Notes under the pieces: model-generated
The model's database searches: none
Told to the model about the DNA's origin: nothing
The model's input: only the letters and a program-made list of their open reading frames with translations
Program-made: the position numbers and the translations under genes
Source: Roseibacillus sp.
GTDB taxonomy: Bacteria > Verrucomicrobiota > Verrucomicrobiia > Verrucomicrobiales > Akkermansiaceae
Assembly: GCA_051251855.1 (NCBI GenBank)
Contig: JBPOGI010000004.1
Coordinates: 352,001 to 416,000, forward strand
DNA: 64,000 nt
Direction: 5' to 3'
Shown here: positions 1 through 9,997 of the stretch, piece by piece
Layout of the letters: each line of letters starts with the position of its first letter
Numbering within the stretch: the stretch's first letter is position 1

Positions 1-523
1 CCCCGGCATCGACACCGTGCTTGGACCAGAGATGAAGTCCACCGGCGAAGTGATGGGCATCAGCGACGACCTCGGCATGGCCTACGCCAAAGCCCAAATC
101 AGCGCCTTCAACCCGCTCCCCACTGGAGGCAACGTCTTCCTCTCCGTCAACGACCGCAACAAGCCCGCTGCAGTGGAAGTCGCCAAAGACCTCGTCGCAC
201 TCGGCTTCACCGTCTACTCCACCGGAGGCACCTACCGCTTCCTCAAAGAAAACGAAGTCCCCGTCGAACGCGTCTACAAGCTCGCCGAGCAAAAGCGCCC
301 CAACGTCATGGACATGATGAAGAACGGCGACATCAGCTTCATCATCAACACCCCCTCTGGCCACGAAGCCCGCGCCGACGAAGTCACCATCCGCAGTGGT
401 GCCGTCGCCCACAAGATCAGCTACTGCACCGATCTCTCCAGCGCCTCCGCCTCCGTCCTCGCCATCCGCTCCCTGCAAACGCAAGACCTTACCGTCAAAG
501 CCATCCAAGACTACCACGCGTAG
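1..523 (+). CDS. carB: Carbamoyl-phosphate synthase large subunit, C-terminal part (5'-truncated by window)
   Basis: Open frame from base 2; LGPEMKSTGEVMG motif followed by MGS-like domain (VFLSVND, STGGT, IINTP). Confidence 0.96.
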   Translation, partial: PGIDTVLGPEMKSTGEVMGISDDLGMAYAKAQISAFNPLPTGGNVFLSVNDRNKPAAVEVAKDLVALGFTVYSTGGTYRFLKENEVPVERVYKLAEQKRPNVMDMMKNGDISFIINTPSGHEARADEVTIRSGAVAHKISYCTDLSSASASVLAIRSLQTQDLTVKAIQDYHA

Positions 524-647
524 GCCTGCAGATTCGTCACTGGGACCACCGGTCCCTTGACCACCGTAGCATTGGCGAAGGACGTTCGACCGGCCCCACT
601 GCCAAAACCAAGTCTAGCTAGCTCCAAATCAAACGGCCCGACCTTCC

Positions 648-1049
648 TCACCAAGCTAGGTGGGATGACTCTTCAGCCAGAACCATTGCGGCGAGCTTCC
701 GCTCACTCGTTTTTAGTTCTTTGTCCTCATTGAGAGACCATCCTCGAATGTTGGCGTGACGAGGTGGAGGCTCTTTTACTTCGAGGATTAGCTTTGCCTT
801 CTTTACCGCTGACGCAAGAAACACCGCCGCACCGTTCTTTGAGCGCTCTCTCACATGCTCGACCGCCAGAGCTTTAATCTCCTCTGTCTCCAATCCTTCG
901 ATTCGAAAAACCGAGGTGTCGTTATCAGGAGCTGGAGTGAAGGTATCGTGTCGAATCCGCCCACCTTTAGCATAGCGCGATTGCCTGACGAATCTAGCCA
1001 ACTTCTCGCGTCCAGCGACGGTTGCAGGCAAAGAAGATTCTAATGTCAT
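648..1049 (-). CDS. Hypothetical protein, possible ADP-ribosyltransferase/RES-like fold
   Basis: 133 aa ORF, last of three tightly coupled genes; LARF...F.P...SVFR...HANIRGW pattern. Fold is inference. Confidence 0.6.
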   Translation of the reverse strand: MTLESSLPATVAGREKLARFVRQSRYAKGGRIRHDTFTPAPDNDTSVFRIEGLETEEIKALAVEHVRERSKNGAAVFLASAVKKAKLILEVKEPPPRHANIRGWSLNEDKELKTSERKLAAMVLAEESSHLAW

Positions 1050-1056
1050 CGAGCGA

Positions 1057-1572
1057 CTATCCTAAAATTTCACGTACTGCCGAAAGAACGACTTGCGGAA
1101 GCTCCTCACGACTAAATCGATAGGCTCCATTGGAAATATCCGTCCCCTTCAAAGCTGCAAAAGCGAGTCGATTAGTACCATTGATACTAACGGAAGCCAC
1201 GCGACGGTAGCCTCCATACCACTCCATCGAAATCGAAGCGTCATCTGCCGAGACTGCCAACTCTGGATCGGGAATATCTTCAGGAAGAGCCTGAATAAAC
1301 TGCTTTGCCCGCGCAACAGTCAAACCACCCAAGGGAGGAGCTTGCGAACCATCCCAACCGAATTCCTGATGCTGCTTTACCAATTCGGACAGGTCATCCA
1401 AGAGAGTTCTACGGTATCCACTGAGAGAAATCGCAGTCAAGGCATAATGGCGATATTCTCCTGCTTGCTGACGAACATATCGTCCTGAGGTAGAAACCGC
1501 ACTACCCGGGCCATCGAAACCGCCCAACAAAGCGGTGCCTGCTGTTGTTAAGATTGGAACGATTGTAGACAT
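1057..1572 (-). CDS. Hypothetical protein (GWDG..A.P ... ISMEW type)
   Basis: 171 aa ORF overlapping the upstream gene by 25 nt and ending 7 nt before the next start. Confidence 0.65.
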   Translation of the reverse strand: MSTIVPILTTAGTALLGGFDGPGSAVSTSGRYVRQQAGEYRHYALTAISLSGYRRTLLDDLSELVKQHQEFGWDGSQAPPLGGLTVARAKQFIQALPEDIPDPELAVSADDASISMEWYGGYRRVASVSINGTNRLAFAALKGTDISNGAYRFSREELPQVVLSAVREILG

Positions 1573-2306
1573 TCTGAGGTAAGTGTAGTTCGGAAAACCC
1601 GATTTTTCAAGCTTCGGAGATTCTCCAAAATACCCATCAAATCATCCAAATCTTTCGGGGCCGAATCGAGAATTTGAAAACTCTCAATATCCAAAATAAT
1701 AGGGAGACCTTCTTCGTTACTTTGCTCAGAAGCAATTGTCAGTTGGGTCATAGCCTGAGTCTCCCTACAAACCATTCGCAACGTTTGGAAGACTCCCGCA
1801 AAGACCATTCCATAGTCCCCTAGAGTCTGGGGAGCATTCCTCAGGTAAGCGGGCAAATTTAGCGTCTTATTCTCATCAAAAGGAAGAACGATTCGATTGA
1901 TATTCCGAATGCTCAGTCGCTTCAAAATCGACGGCTCGGCAAGCTTACGATAGATATCCCAAAGACGCTCAATTTCTGGGAGGTAGTCTTCAAATCGCTC
2001 GTAAGGTTCAAGCCGATGAAATGAAAAACCCTCGGAGCTCAAGGTCGCGATTTCCAACTGATCCTCGCTCCTTACTTGGAACCCCTTAACAATTTTCTGC
2101 TTTGAAATTTGCTCTTCCTCTGGAGAAAAAGAGTGAAAATCAGCGACCTCTTCAACAGGGCGAACTTCGGGATAGCGCCCTTGGGCCTCTAATTTCTCGA
2201 AGCCTTCAGCATCAAGGTTCCAACCGGGCGGAAGCTCGCAATCGAAAGAGATAACTGCCTCGATAATCGGGGCATGAAAGCTCGTCTGTTCTGAATCCTG
2301 CTGCAT
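1548..2306 (-). CDS. TIGR04255-like family protein
   Basis: APIIEAVISF N-terminus, PYERFEDY, RLSIRNINRI, IILDIES and LRSLKNRVF..LT motifs typical of this family as I recall it. Confidence 0.8.
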   Translation of the reverse strand: MQQDSEQTSFHAPIIEAVISFDCELPPGWNLDAEGFEKLEAQGRYPEVRPVEEVADFHSFSPEEEQISKQKIVKGFQVRSEDQLEIATLSSEGFSFHRLEPYERFEDYLPEIERLWDIYRKLAEPSILKRLSIRNINRIVLPFDENKTLNLPAYLRNAPQTLGDYGMVFAGVFQTLRMVCRETQAMTQLTIASEQSNEEGLPIILDIESFQILDSAPKDLDDLMGILENLRSLKNRVFRTTLTSECLQSFQS

Positions 2307-2799
2307 CGCGTTGAAAAAAGACTATCGCCCAATTATCAGCCGTAAACCTCAATTCACCACAGTTTGCCTCGCCTACTCCCCCCTTCTCCCGCAAGCGAAA
2401 GAACTCCTTCGCCTCCGCTCCTGTCAACGAAAGCAACGCTTCCCCATTGACCAAGGTCGCGAGAGCGACATCCATCACCGACCAATCCGTGCCATCTAGA
2501 GTCGTGGAACCTTCAAGCTCCCAGCCTGTCGCGAGCGCTGGCCATTTCAGATGAAAGCCTTCCTCATCCTGAACAATCTCAACCTCAAGCTTCGTGAACG
2601 TTAAAAAACGAATCCCCTCCACAGCCACCTCGGCTCCGTTGGCGGTTCCTCCTAGCAGGCCAAAGAACATCTTCACCATCTGCCCGGACCATTGCGAAAT
2701 ACCGATCAAGTCCGTGCTACTCACCGATTCCGGCTCGGGAAAGCGGGCCTCGAGAGAAAAGACGGTCTCGTCCTCCACCGCACAAAAACTCAAGTTCAA
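2212..2799 (-). pseudogene. Probable 3' remnant of a secreted protein carrying the C-terminal FFRL domain
   Basis: Encodes LKWPA..GWELEGSTTLDGTDW...EFFRLR; no signal peptide, in-frame TGA upstream at 2842-2844, and frame runs on into the next gene. Confidence 0.45.
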
Positions 2800-2914
2800 C
2801 GGGCCAACAATTCGGAGAAGGCATCCACTCGGTGGGTCCGGTCACAGTGAAACGTTCACTCACCTCTAAAGACGACTTCCAAAAAATAGCACGGGGTGAG
2901 AGTCTTTGGAGCCG

Positions 2915-3805
2915 ATGCTATCTTCCCTTCCCACACTCACCAACCTTGGTCCCGAGAACCACCGTTTGCTCCATGGGCGGGGTGGGTGCTTTGAGGGATT
3001 AGAGCATGTAGCGATTGATTGGTTTGCTCCTGTGGTGTTGGTGACTTTCTATGTTGAGAAAGAAGGAAATCGTTCGCTCATCGAGAACTTGATTGGAGGA
3101 GCCAAAGCGAACTCTGAGATTGCAGCTATTGTGGTGCAGGAACGTCACCTTCCCAAAGGTCCAAAGAAAACGGTCTACGGCGAGCTCCCTGCTCAAGTCG
3201 TCGCTGCCGAGTCCGGACTCAACTTTCATCTCTCCCTCGATCGTAATCAGAACCACGGCTTCTTTCTCGACATGAAGCCGGGACGCGATTGGATTCGAGA
3301 TAGCGCGAAAGGAAAGCGGGTTTTAAATCTTTTTGCCTACACTTGTTCGCTCTCAGTAGCGGCTATCGCGGGGGGCGCCGAGGAGGTGATTAACCTCGAT
3401 ATGGCGAGCGGTGCGCTTGCCACCGGTCGCCGCAATCACCAACTCAACTTCGAGAACGAAGTCTGCCAGCGAGCGAGCTACCTCCCCCACGACCTCTTCA
3501 AGTCCTGGGGACGCCTCGTCCGTGGAGCACCCTACGACCTCATCGTCATCGACCCTCCCTCCAACCAGGGAAAGAGCTTTCGAGCCGAAACCCACTACCC
3601 CAAAATCCTGCGACGACTCCCCGAACTTCTCACCCGCGACTCCCAAATCCTCGCCTGCCTGAACGCGCCCCATCTCGACGAGTCGTTTCTGACAGAACTC
3701 TTCTCTGACTTCCAAAACCAAGGTCGCCTCCCCTGCGCCCCAGGCTTCCAAGACAAAAATCCTGCTGCGGCTCTCAAAAGCATGCTCTTCACTGAACCTG
3801 CCTAG
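2915..3805 (+). CDS. Class I SAM-dependent methyltransferase, RlmI/RlmK-like
   Basis: QNHGFFLDM, VLNLFAYTCSLS and DLIVIDPP motifs. Confidence 0.88.
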   Translation: MLSSLPTLTNLGPENHRLLHGRGGCFEGLEHVAIDWFAPVVLVTFYVEKEGNRSLIENLIGGAKANSEIAAIVVQERHLPKGPKKTVYGELPAQVVAAESGLNFHLSLDRNQNHGFFLDMKPGRDWIRDSAKGKRVLNLFAYTCSLSVAAIAGGAEEVINLDMASGALATGRRNHQLNFENEVCQRASYLPHDLFKSWGRLVRGAPYDLIVIDPPSNQGKSFRAETHYPKILRRLPELLTRDSQILACLNAPHLDESFLTELFSDFQNQGRLPCAPGFQDKNPAAALKSMLFTEPA

Positions 3806-3882
3806 TTCAAACCGCTCCTTAACTCTTTCTACGCAAACAAAGTTTCTTGGAAAAAGGTGGAAAACCTTCGATCCTGCTGAAG

Positions 3883-3910
3883 AAAAAAGGCCACCCCAAA
3901 ACGGATGACC
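3883..3910 (-). terminator. Intrinsic terminator of the PEP-CTERM gene
   Basis: Minus strand GGTCATCC-GTTTTG-GGGTGGCC stem (with G-U pairs) followed by T6, about 25 nt after the stop. Confidence 0.7.
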
Positions 3911-3935
3911 TCTCAAAAAATATTTTCCAGATGCT

Positions 3936-4796
3936 TTAGCGTCGGCGTCCGAGCAGAACCGACAATCCTGCCAATCCGAGGAAGACTGCGGAAGTGGGCT
4001 CAGGGATCACCGTAGCCGTCGTTCCATTGAACGACAGGAAGGAGTTGTCTTCCGTATAAGAGACACCATTGTAAAAAATTTGATCCCCTTCATCTTCAAA
4101 TAAAGAGAGGCTGCTCAATTTCAGCTGCGCCCCCAGCTCAAGGTTGACCACAGCGTTATCGTTAAAAGGATTAGCCGCATTAGTATTACCAGTGATCTCA
4201 AGAATACTCGTGCTATCAATGCCAATAGCGTAGCTGGAATTGATTGACCCCACGACGACTGAACCGCCATTGATGACGTCTATCGAAACAGTTCTTGCCC
4301 CAGCTCCCGTAAAAGCTCGTCCAGCATTAATCGTTCCGCCATCAACGTTAATCACAGTAAAATTGCGAACGTCACCCGTTGTCCGGACCGTCCCGCCAGT
4401 ATCGACAGTGAGCACCTGATTAGCAGTGTTCCATCCGGTAATTATTGAACCATTATTTCCTGAAACAGGAGCGGTCATATTAAGAGTCTTTCCACCACCC
4501 ACACTGAGACTCGTTCCAGCGGCGAATTGAAAAGCTGACCCAGCATTATTTGGCGTCCCGCTACCTGAGTTGATCTCAATCAGGCCACCTGATACACCAA
4601 GTGCAATCTGGGTAGCCCCATTAACTTCATCCGTCTCGGGCACCGTGTTGTCATCTTCCAGCCAGTTGTTTTCGGCATAGAGCGAGACTCCGTTGCCGCC
4701 ACCCGTCCAAACAAGAGCGGCTTGAGCCGGAAGTATCGCTGTCGCTGAGGCAATGACTATGAGATTTTTAATTGTCATGGGAGATAAGGTTTTCAT
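3936..4796 (-). CDS. PEP-CTERM sorting domain protein
   Basis: Signal peptide (..PAQA), Gly/Asn/Thr-rich body, C-terminal IPEPTS + hydrophobic helix + RRR. Confidence 0.93.
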   Translation of the reverse strand: MKTLSPMTIKNLIVIASATAILPAQAALVWTGGGNGVSLYAENNWLEDDNTVPETDEVNGATQIALGVSGGLIEINSGSGTPNNAGSAFQFAAGTSLSVGGGKTLNMTAPVSGNNGSIITGWNTANQVLTVDTGGTVRTTGDVRNFTVINVDGGTINAGRAFTGAGARTVSIDVINGGSVVVGSINSSYAIGIDSTSILEITGNTNAANPFNDNAVVNLELGAQLKLSSLSLFEDEGDQIFYNGVSYTEDNSFLSFNGTTATVIPEPTSAVFLGLAGLSVLLGRRR

Positions 4797-5110
4797 TTCG
4801 TTGGAACGCTACTGCACTAAGATTTAAGAATAACGGGATGAGATTCCCAAAAGGTTAGACCCGAGGATGCAACGAGTCTTTACAGCCTTTCAATCTTTTT
4901 CTGGAGAACTATGAAAAAGTAAAACCAGGTCGCTAAATTCCACTTAAAAAGAAGATTCACTAATCACCAAAGACTCCAAAAGATACACCAAACCGAAGGA
5001 ATAAACTTGGAGTGACGCGCACAGTATCTTGTCTGAGGAATTGAACTCTCCCTATGATTTCTACCGGAATGAAGTGTCCTTGCTTGTCCTTTTCGATAGT
5101 TTGGCAACTT

Positions 5111-6841
5111 ATGTGGTTCAAACGGGAAACAAAGTTCTTGCTCGTCGCTCTTTCGGCCGTGTTGGTCGGACTCGACTCCCTTCGCGCCGAGGATCCAAAT
5201 CCCAACGTGTTGTTCATTTCCATGGATGACCTCAACGATTGGATTGGCTGCCTAGGCGGACACCCCCAGACCATCACCCCTCATCTTGATCGTCTCGCGG
5301 CAAGCGGAACTCTTTTCACCAATGCTCATTGCCCGGCACCAGCTTGCAACGCCTCACGAACCGCTATCTTTTCAGGACGTTCTCCCCACGTCACCGGAGT
5401 CTATAGTAACCGCCAAGTAATGCGGGACGTCATTCCTGACGCGACCCTGATTCCAAAGCATTTTTCCAATCACGGCTACTGGGCCACGGGCTCGGGAAAG
5501 ATGCTGCACTACATCATCGACGCTCAATCTTGGAATGACTACTTCCCGAAGAGGGAATCAGAATGGGCCCTCCCCGAAACCCTCTATCCAGACCCACGCC
5601 CTCTCTCACTGCCAGTAGCAGGGCCTTGGCAATACATCGAAACTGACTGGGGTCCTCTCGACGCCACCGACGAGGAATATGGTGGCGACTACATCGTCAG
5701 CCAATACGTAGGTGACTACCTGTCCCAGGAACACGAGCGGCCCTTCTTCCTCGCCTGCGGAATCTATCGCCCGCACGAGCCCTGGTTTGTGCCCGCGAAG
5801 TACTTCGAAAAGTTCCCTCTCGAATCCATTCAACTTCCACCCGGCTACAAGAAGAACGACCTCGACGACGTCCCCGCCGAGGGAAAGAAACTCGCTCACA
5901 ACCGCTACTTTCCTCACATTCAAGAACAAGGCCAATGGAAGCAAGCAGTCCAATCCTACCTCGCTTCTATTCACTTTGCCGATGCCATGCTCGGTCGAGT
6001 GTTGGACGCCTTGGAAAAAGGACCCAACAGCAAAGACACCATTGTCGTGCTCTGGTCAGACCATGGATGGCATTTGGGTGAGAAAGAGCATTGGCAAAAG
6101 TTTACTGCTTGGCGGATGTGCACTCGAGTCCCGCTCATGGTCAAGGTGCCCGCCGGGATTTCTAGTCAACTCCCCGAAGGTACCACCGCCGGCTCCCAAT
6201 GCCACCAACCAGTCAATCTGTTAGGTCTTTACCCCACTCTCATCGAACTTTGCGAACTGCCAAAAATGCCCGGTTGCGATGGAGCCAGCTTGCTCCCTCA
6301 ATTGAAAGACCCTGCTCTCACCTCGGACCCGGTAGTCACTTACCTCCAGGATGGCAAAAGCGTGGGAATCAGCGGAAAAGAATGGCGCTACATCCAATAT
6401 TCCGGAGGAGCCCAGGAACTCTACCATATCACCCAAGATCCCTACGAATGGAGCAACCTCGCTGACGACCCAGAGAGTGCCGAACAACTCGCCCGCCTCA
6501 AAGCGTTTGTTCCAAAAATCTTCGCCCCCAAACCAAGGGTCAAGGTGGCGGATTTACCTGCCCTCCAATTGAAAGTAACCACCGAAGAATCCAAGCCTCC
6601 ACCGTCGCAACCCGATGGAAGCCCCATGCGATTGGCAATCATCAACCACCGGAAAGAAGCGGTGCAATTCCACTGGGTCAATCGGAAGGGACAACCCATC
6701 CTCAAGGGCAAAGTGAAGGTCGGTGAGACAGTTGAAACCAAAGCCCGACCGGGATCCGTCTGGGCCGTCACTGGGTCGGACAACCAACTTCTAGGCTACT
6801 TCACAGTAGGCGACCGCATGGCCAAGTGCGAAATCAAATAG
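5111..6841 (+). CDS. Sulfatase (iduronate-2-sulfatase-like) with C-terminal VHL-beta-like domain
   Basis: NVLFISMDDL, CNASR active-site motif, GKMLH, RPHEPW, SDHGWHLGEK, DPYEWSNLA; signal peptide from ATG 5111. Confidence 0.92.
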   Translation: MWFKRETKFLLVALSAVLVGLDSLRAEDPNPNVLFISMDDLNDWIGCLGGHPQTITPHLDRLAASGTLFTNAHCPAPACNASRTAIFSGRSPHVTGVYSNRQVMRDVIPDATLIPKHFSNHGYWATGSGKMLHYIIDAQSWNDYFPKRESEWALPETLYPDPRPLSLPVAGPWQYIETDWGPLDATDEEYGGDYIVSQYVGDYLSQEHERPFFLACGIYRPHEPWFVPAKYFEKFPLESIQLPPGYKKNDLDDVPAEGKKLAHNRYFPHIQEQGQWKQAVQSYLASIHFADAMLGRVLDALEKGPNSKDTIVVLWSDHGWHLGEKEHWQKFTAWRMCTRVPLMVKVPAGISSQLPEGTTAGSQCHQPVNLLGLYPTLIELCELPKMPGCDGASLLPQLKDPALTSDPVVTYLQDGKSVGISGKEWRYIQYSGGAQELYHITQDPYEWSNLADDPESAEQLARLKAFVPKIFAPKPRVKVADLPALQLKVTTEESKPPPSQPDGSPMRLAIINHRKEAVQFHWVNRKGQPILKGKVKVGETVETKARPGSVWAVTGSDNQLLGYFTVGDRMAKCEIK

Positions 6842-6871
6842 CTCAAATCCTCTGCGCATTCCCTCACCAAG

Positions 6872-9496
6872 CTACTCATTGGAAACAACCCTGACGCGGG
6901 CGAAACGACGGTCCACCAGAGGAAAACTGTCTCCCCCGATAACGATCTCCACCTCCTCCCAATGATCCCCGATGGACGTCACACGGTTCGGAGTAGCTGC
7001 CTGAAACTGCAAGTCGTCCTGGGCCACCTCTGGGAAATACTCGACACGAGGCGCGGCATCGGTGCGCCGAACGAAAACGTAACAAACCTCAAGATCGCCG
7101 GTCACCGGATCCGTCTTTGAAACAATCTGAGGTAACCCAAAGGGCTCCCCTTCGGTATCCAGAGTCACTCCAGAAACATAGCAAGGCGACTCGGCAACGG
7201 TCGGGTTGAGATTGAAAGCAAACTCAATCAAAACCGGAATCCCGTCACCATCGCCATCAGCATCACCCGCTCTCTCCGCAACAGAAAGACCATAGCTATC
7301 ACCGAAATCATCAAGAAGAGTATCGTCATTAACGATCGTCAGCTCGAGCTCGCTCTGAGCCAGAAGCAAACCCGATGGAGCAAAGAACTGAATGATAAAC
7401 GTCTCATCAGGTTCGATCACCGCGTCATCAACCAAGGTGAGCCAGAGCGTCTGCGAAGTCTCTCCTTGATTAAACACAACAAGTCCATCAACCCATGGAA
7501 CGAAGTCTTGGTTCGGACCCGCACTACCCGCCACAAGAGAGAAGCTAAACTGCTCCCCACCCTGAGCAGGCGCAGATAAACTCAGCTGAACGGGATATCC
7601 GATAAATCCTTCATTGATGGGAGACGCCGTTGCAGTAACGGTAAGAGGAGCTGGCGGGCCAGGAGTCGCAACAAAGACGCTGGCAGGAAGACCCGCAGAG
7701 TTCACTAAGTTGGCCATCGTAGGATCGGGGTTCCATGCATAACGAACCTCCGTTGGATTGGGCTTACTTGCAGCCGTTACAACTACTGTCTCGCCACTAA
7801 TCGTCGCGGAGGCATTGACCCAAGGACCAGACCCTTCGCGCAATTGAAATCCTCCTAGGGGAAGCGCATCCCGGGTCGAAAGACCCATTGAATAGTCAAA
7901 CTCAACCGTGACCGCACCTCCGGCAACAGTTGCGTTGCGATAGAGAGGACCCGAGGGCACAACGCTCGTCTGCCCATATTCATTCAGCAAAGGCCAGCGA
8001 ACAAATCGATCTGCAAAATTAGATTTGTTGGTGGGATGAATATCATTCGGATTTCCAATGTCGTTTCCGACCGTCATTCCCACCGAAGTCAAATTCTCCA
8101 GCGCAACCCGCTGCTCGTTCTGAACATTCACCCACAGGGGACGTTGAGAGGAGACGAAGTTCGCCAACTGCATGTAATAGAAAGGAAGCTCTTCCCCCCA
8201 AGCAGCACGCCAATCAGCGACGAGCGCTTCCATAAAATCGGCGTAGTTAGACGGACTGAAGAAAAAGCTATTGGCCTCTCCTTGATAGAACAAGATCCCG
8301 CGCACTCCATACCCAGCGAGGGGAGCGACCATTCCATTGTAAATTTGCCCAGCCAAACTCGGCTCGAAGCGTGGATCATCCCCAGGAGGCTGAGGCTCGG
8401 GCCCTTGCGGGTTAGCTAACCATGCCGCAAGCTCCGCCTCGTAGGCCGCGTATGCCGCGTAGTCCGCATTTTTGTCCGCGACGGCGTTAGATCCCTCAGG
8501 AAAGGTCAGAAGCTTTGTCTCACTAATGAAACCCTCGATACGCTGACCTCCCCAAGCGCACTCAATGATCGCAACTGGAACGCCCAACTCTGCACGCAAG
8601 CGTTTCGCGATGAAGTAGGGCAAAGCCGGCATGTCGGGCATGTCCCCCGGCACTGCCGATAGCCAATCACCCTCAATAGTATCAACCGGGTTCTCGCGAG
8701 CTTGTTCGGTAGGTAGATAAAGCCGCAGAAGCGGATCGTTCGCCGAAGCCACCTCGGCATCGTTTTCAGGAGAGGGCAGGAACGAGAAAGGAAACTCCAT
8801 GTTAGATTGACCGGCTCCCATCCAAACTTCCCCAACTAAAACACCTGTAATCGTCTCAATCTCTCCGTTGGAAGTAATGGTTAAGTCGCGCTCAACAGAG
8901 GAAGCCAACAAATTATCTAACACCACCTCGAAGCGACCATCGCTCGCCGAAACCGCGTTCCAAGTGCGCCCTGCGAAAGTCACCACTACGGGACAATTCG
9001 GACAAGCATACCCCCAAAATTTCGCCCCTTTTTCACGCTGTAGAACCATTCCATCAGAGAAGAAAGAAGGAAGCAAAGCCGCGCCGTCATCATCGAGAAT
9101 GGTGAGCGAATACGAAGAAGCCGCGAAGGTCAGGCCCGTCGGATTCGACAGCACCATCTGGAAAGTCTCATCCACCTCGGGAAAGGCATCGTCGGCTAAG
9201 GTGACGAACGTTGACTTGGTCGTCTCTCCTGCTGCGAATTCGATAACGGTCCCACTCGCAGAAGAGAAATCAGCCGTGGTGGCCGTTCCTTCAATTAAGT
9301 CAAAACTCAGGCTCTCCCCTCCGTCAGCTGCGGAAGAAAGTGAAAAGGTAACCTGCATCTCACTAAGACCTTCGTTAGTGGGTGCCGCCAGAACACTCAC
9401 AGTCGGAACAGCGGCGATCGTGGTTTGCGCCGAGAGGAGAGCCCCCAAGGTAACAGCGAGAGCTGGGGTGAAAGCAGGATAAACAAACCGTTTCAT
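6872..9496 (-). CDS. Sialate O-acetylesterase-like (SGNH) protein flanked by two Calx-beta domains
   Basis: GEVWMGAGQSNM, YQGEAN, DIHP motifs; Calx-beta motifs (F..GET.K...DD...E.DETF...TI.DDD) twice; signal peptide. Confidence 0.9.
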   Translation of the reverse strand: MKRFVYPAFTPALAVTLGALLSAQTTIAAVPTVSVLAAPTNEGLSEMQVTFSLSSAADGGESLSFDLIEGTATTADFSSASGTVIEFAAGETTKSTFVTLADDAFPEVDETFQMVLSNPTGLTFAASSYSLTILDDDGAALLPSFFSDGMVLQREKGAKFWGYACPNCPVVVTFAGRTWNAVSASDGRFEVVLDNLLASSVERDLTITSNGEIETITGVLVGEVWMGAGQSNMEFPFSFLPSPENDAEVASANDPLLRLYLPTEQARENPVDTIEGDWLSAVPGDMPDMPALPYFIAKRLRAELGVPVAIIECAWGGQRIEGFISETKLLTFPEGSNAVADKNADYAAYAAYEAELAAWLANPQGPEPQPPGDDPRFEPSLAGQIYNGMVAPLAGYGVRGILFYQGEANSFFFSPSNYADFMEALVADWRAAWGEELPFYYMQLANFVSSQRPLWVNVQNEQRVALENLTSVGMTVGNDIGNPNDIHPTNKSNFADRFVRWPLLNEYGQTSVVPSGPLYRNATVAGGAVTVEFDYSMGLSTRDALPLGGFQLREGSGPWVNASATISGETVVVTAASKPNPTEVRYAWNPDPTMANLVNSAGLPASVFVATPGPPAPLTVTATASPINEGFIGYPVQLSLSAPAQGGEQFSFSLVAGSAGPNQDFVPWVDGLVVFNQGETSQTLWLTLVDDAVIEPDETFIIQFFAPSGLLLAQSELELTIVNDDTLLDDFGDSYGLSVAERAGDADGDGDGIPVLIEFAFNLNPTVAESPCYVSGVTLDTEGEPFGLPQIVSKTDPVTGDLEVCYVFVRRTDAAPRVEYFPEVAQDDLQFQAATPNRVTSIGDHWEEVEIVIGGDSFPLVDRRFARVRVVSNE

Positions 9497-9997
9497 GACT
9501 TCCTATTATCATGCTTTTATAAGGAAAACCCAGAAGTTTTTATAAAAAATAAGAAGAAGCTGATATGAAGCTGGTGAATACAGTCTTCTTATTTTGAAGA
9601 ACACTTACCCTTGTTGATTAAGATCCCCTAAGCTTCCAGCAAACCCACCCTTCTCCACTCGCTAAGCATCAACCCATAAGGAAAGTCCCCAGAGGAAGAA
9701 CTCTGCTAGAAACTTCGATCCTAGCCTTCAAATCCCTTCATTTTACTTTGGGGAAATTAGCATTTCATTTTACGAGAAATTTTTAGCCAGCCATAATATA
9801 AACTTATATTTAATCAACTGATAATTAGGGCGTTACGAAGTATTTCCGTTAGGTCATTCATCAACGTTGATAATTTTTACTGAATCCGATTGATAAATTT
9901 AAAAACTAAATCATCAAGGGTCCAAGTTTACGAAGCAACAAGGAGGTTCATGCCTTCAACCTCGCACGTGAATCACCCCCTATATCATCCACCCTTT

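Noticed and set aside
540..600. Palindromic GGGACC..GGTCCC / CCGTAGCATTGGCGAAGG segment after carB
   Set aside because: Looks like a degenerate REP-like repeat but is single-copy in the window, so it cannot be supported.
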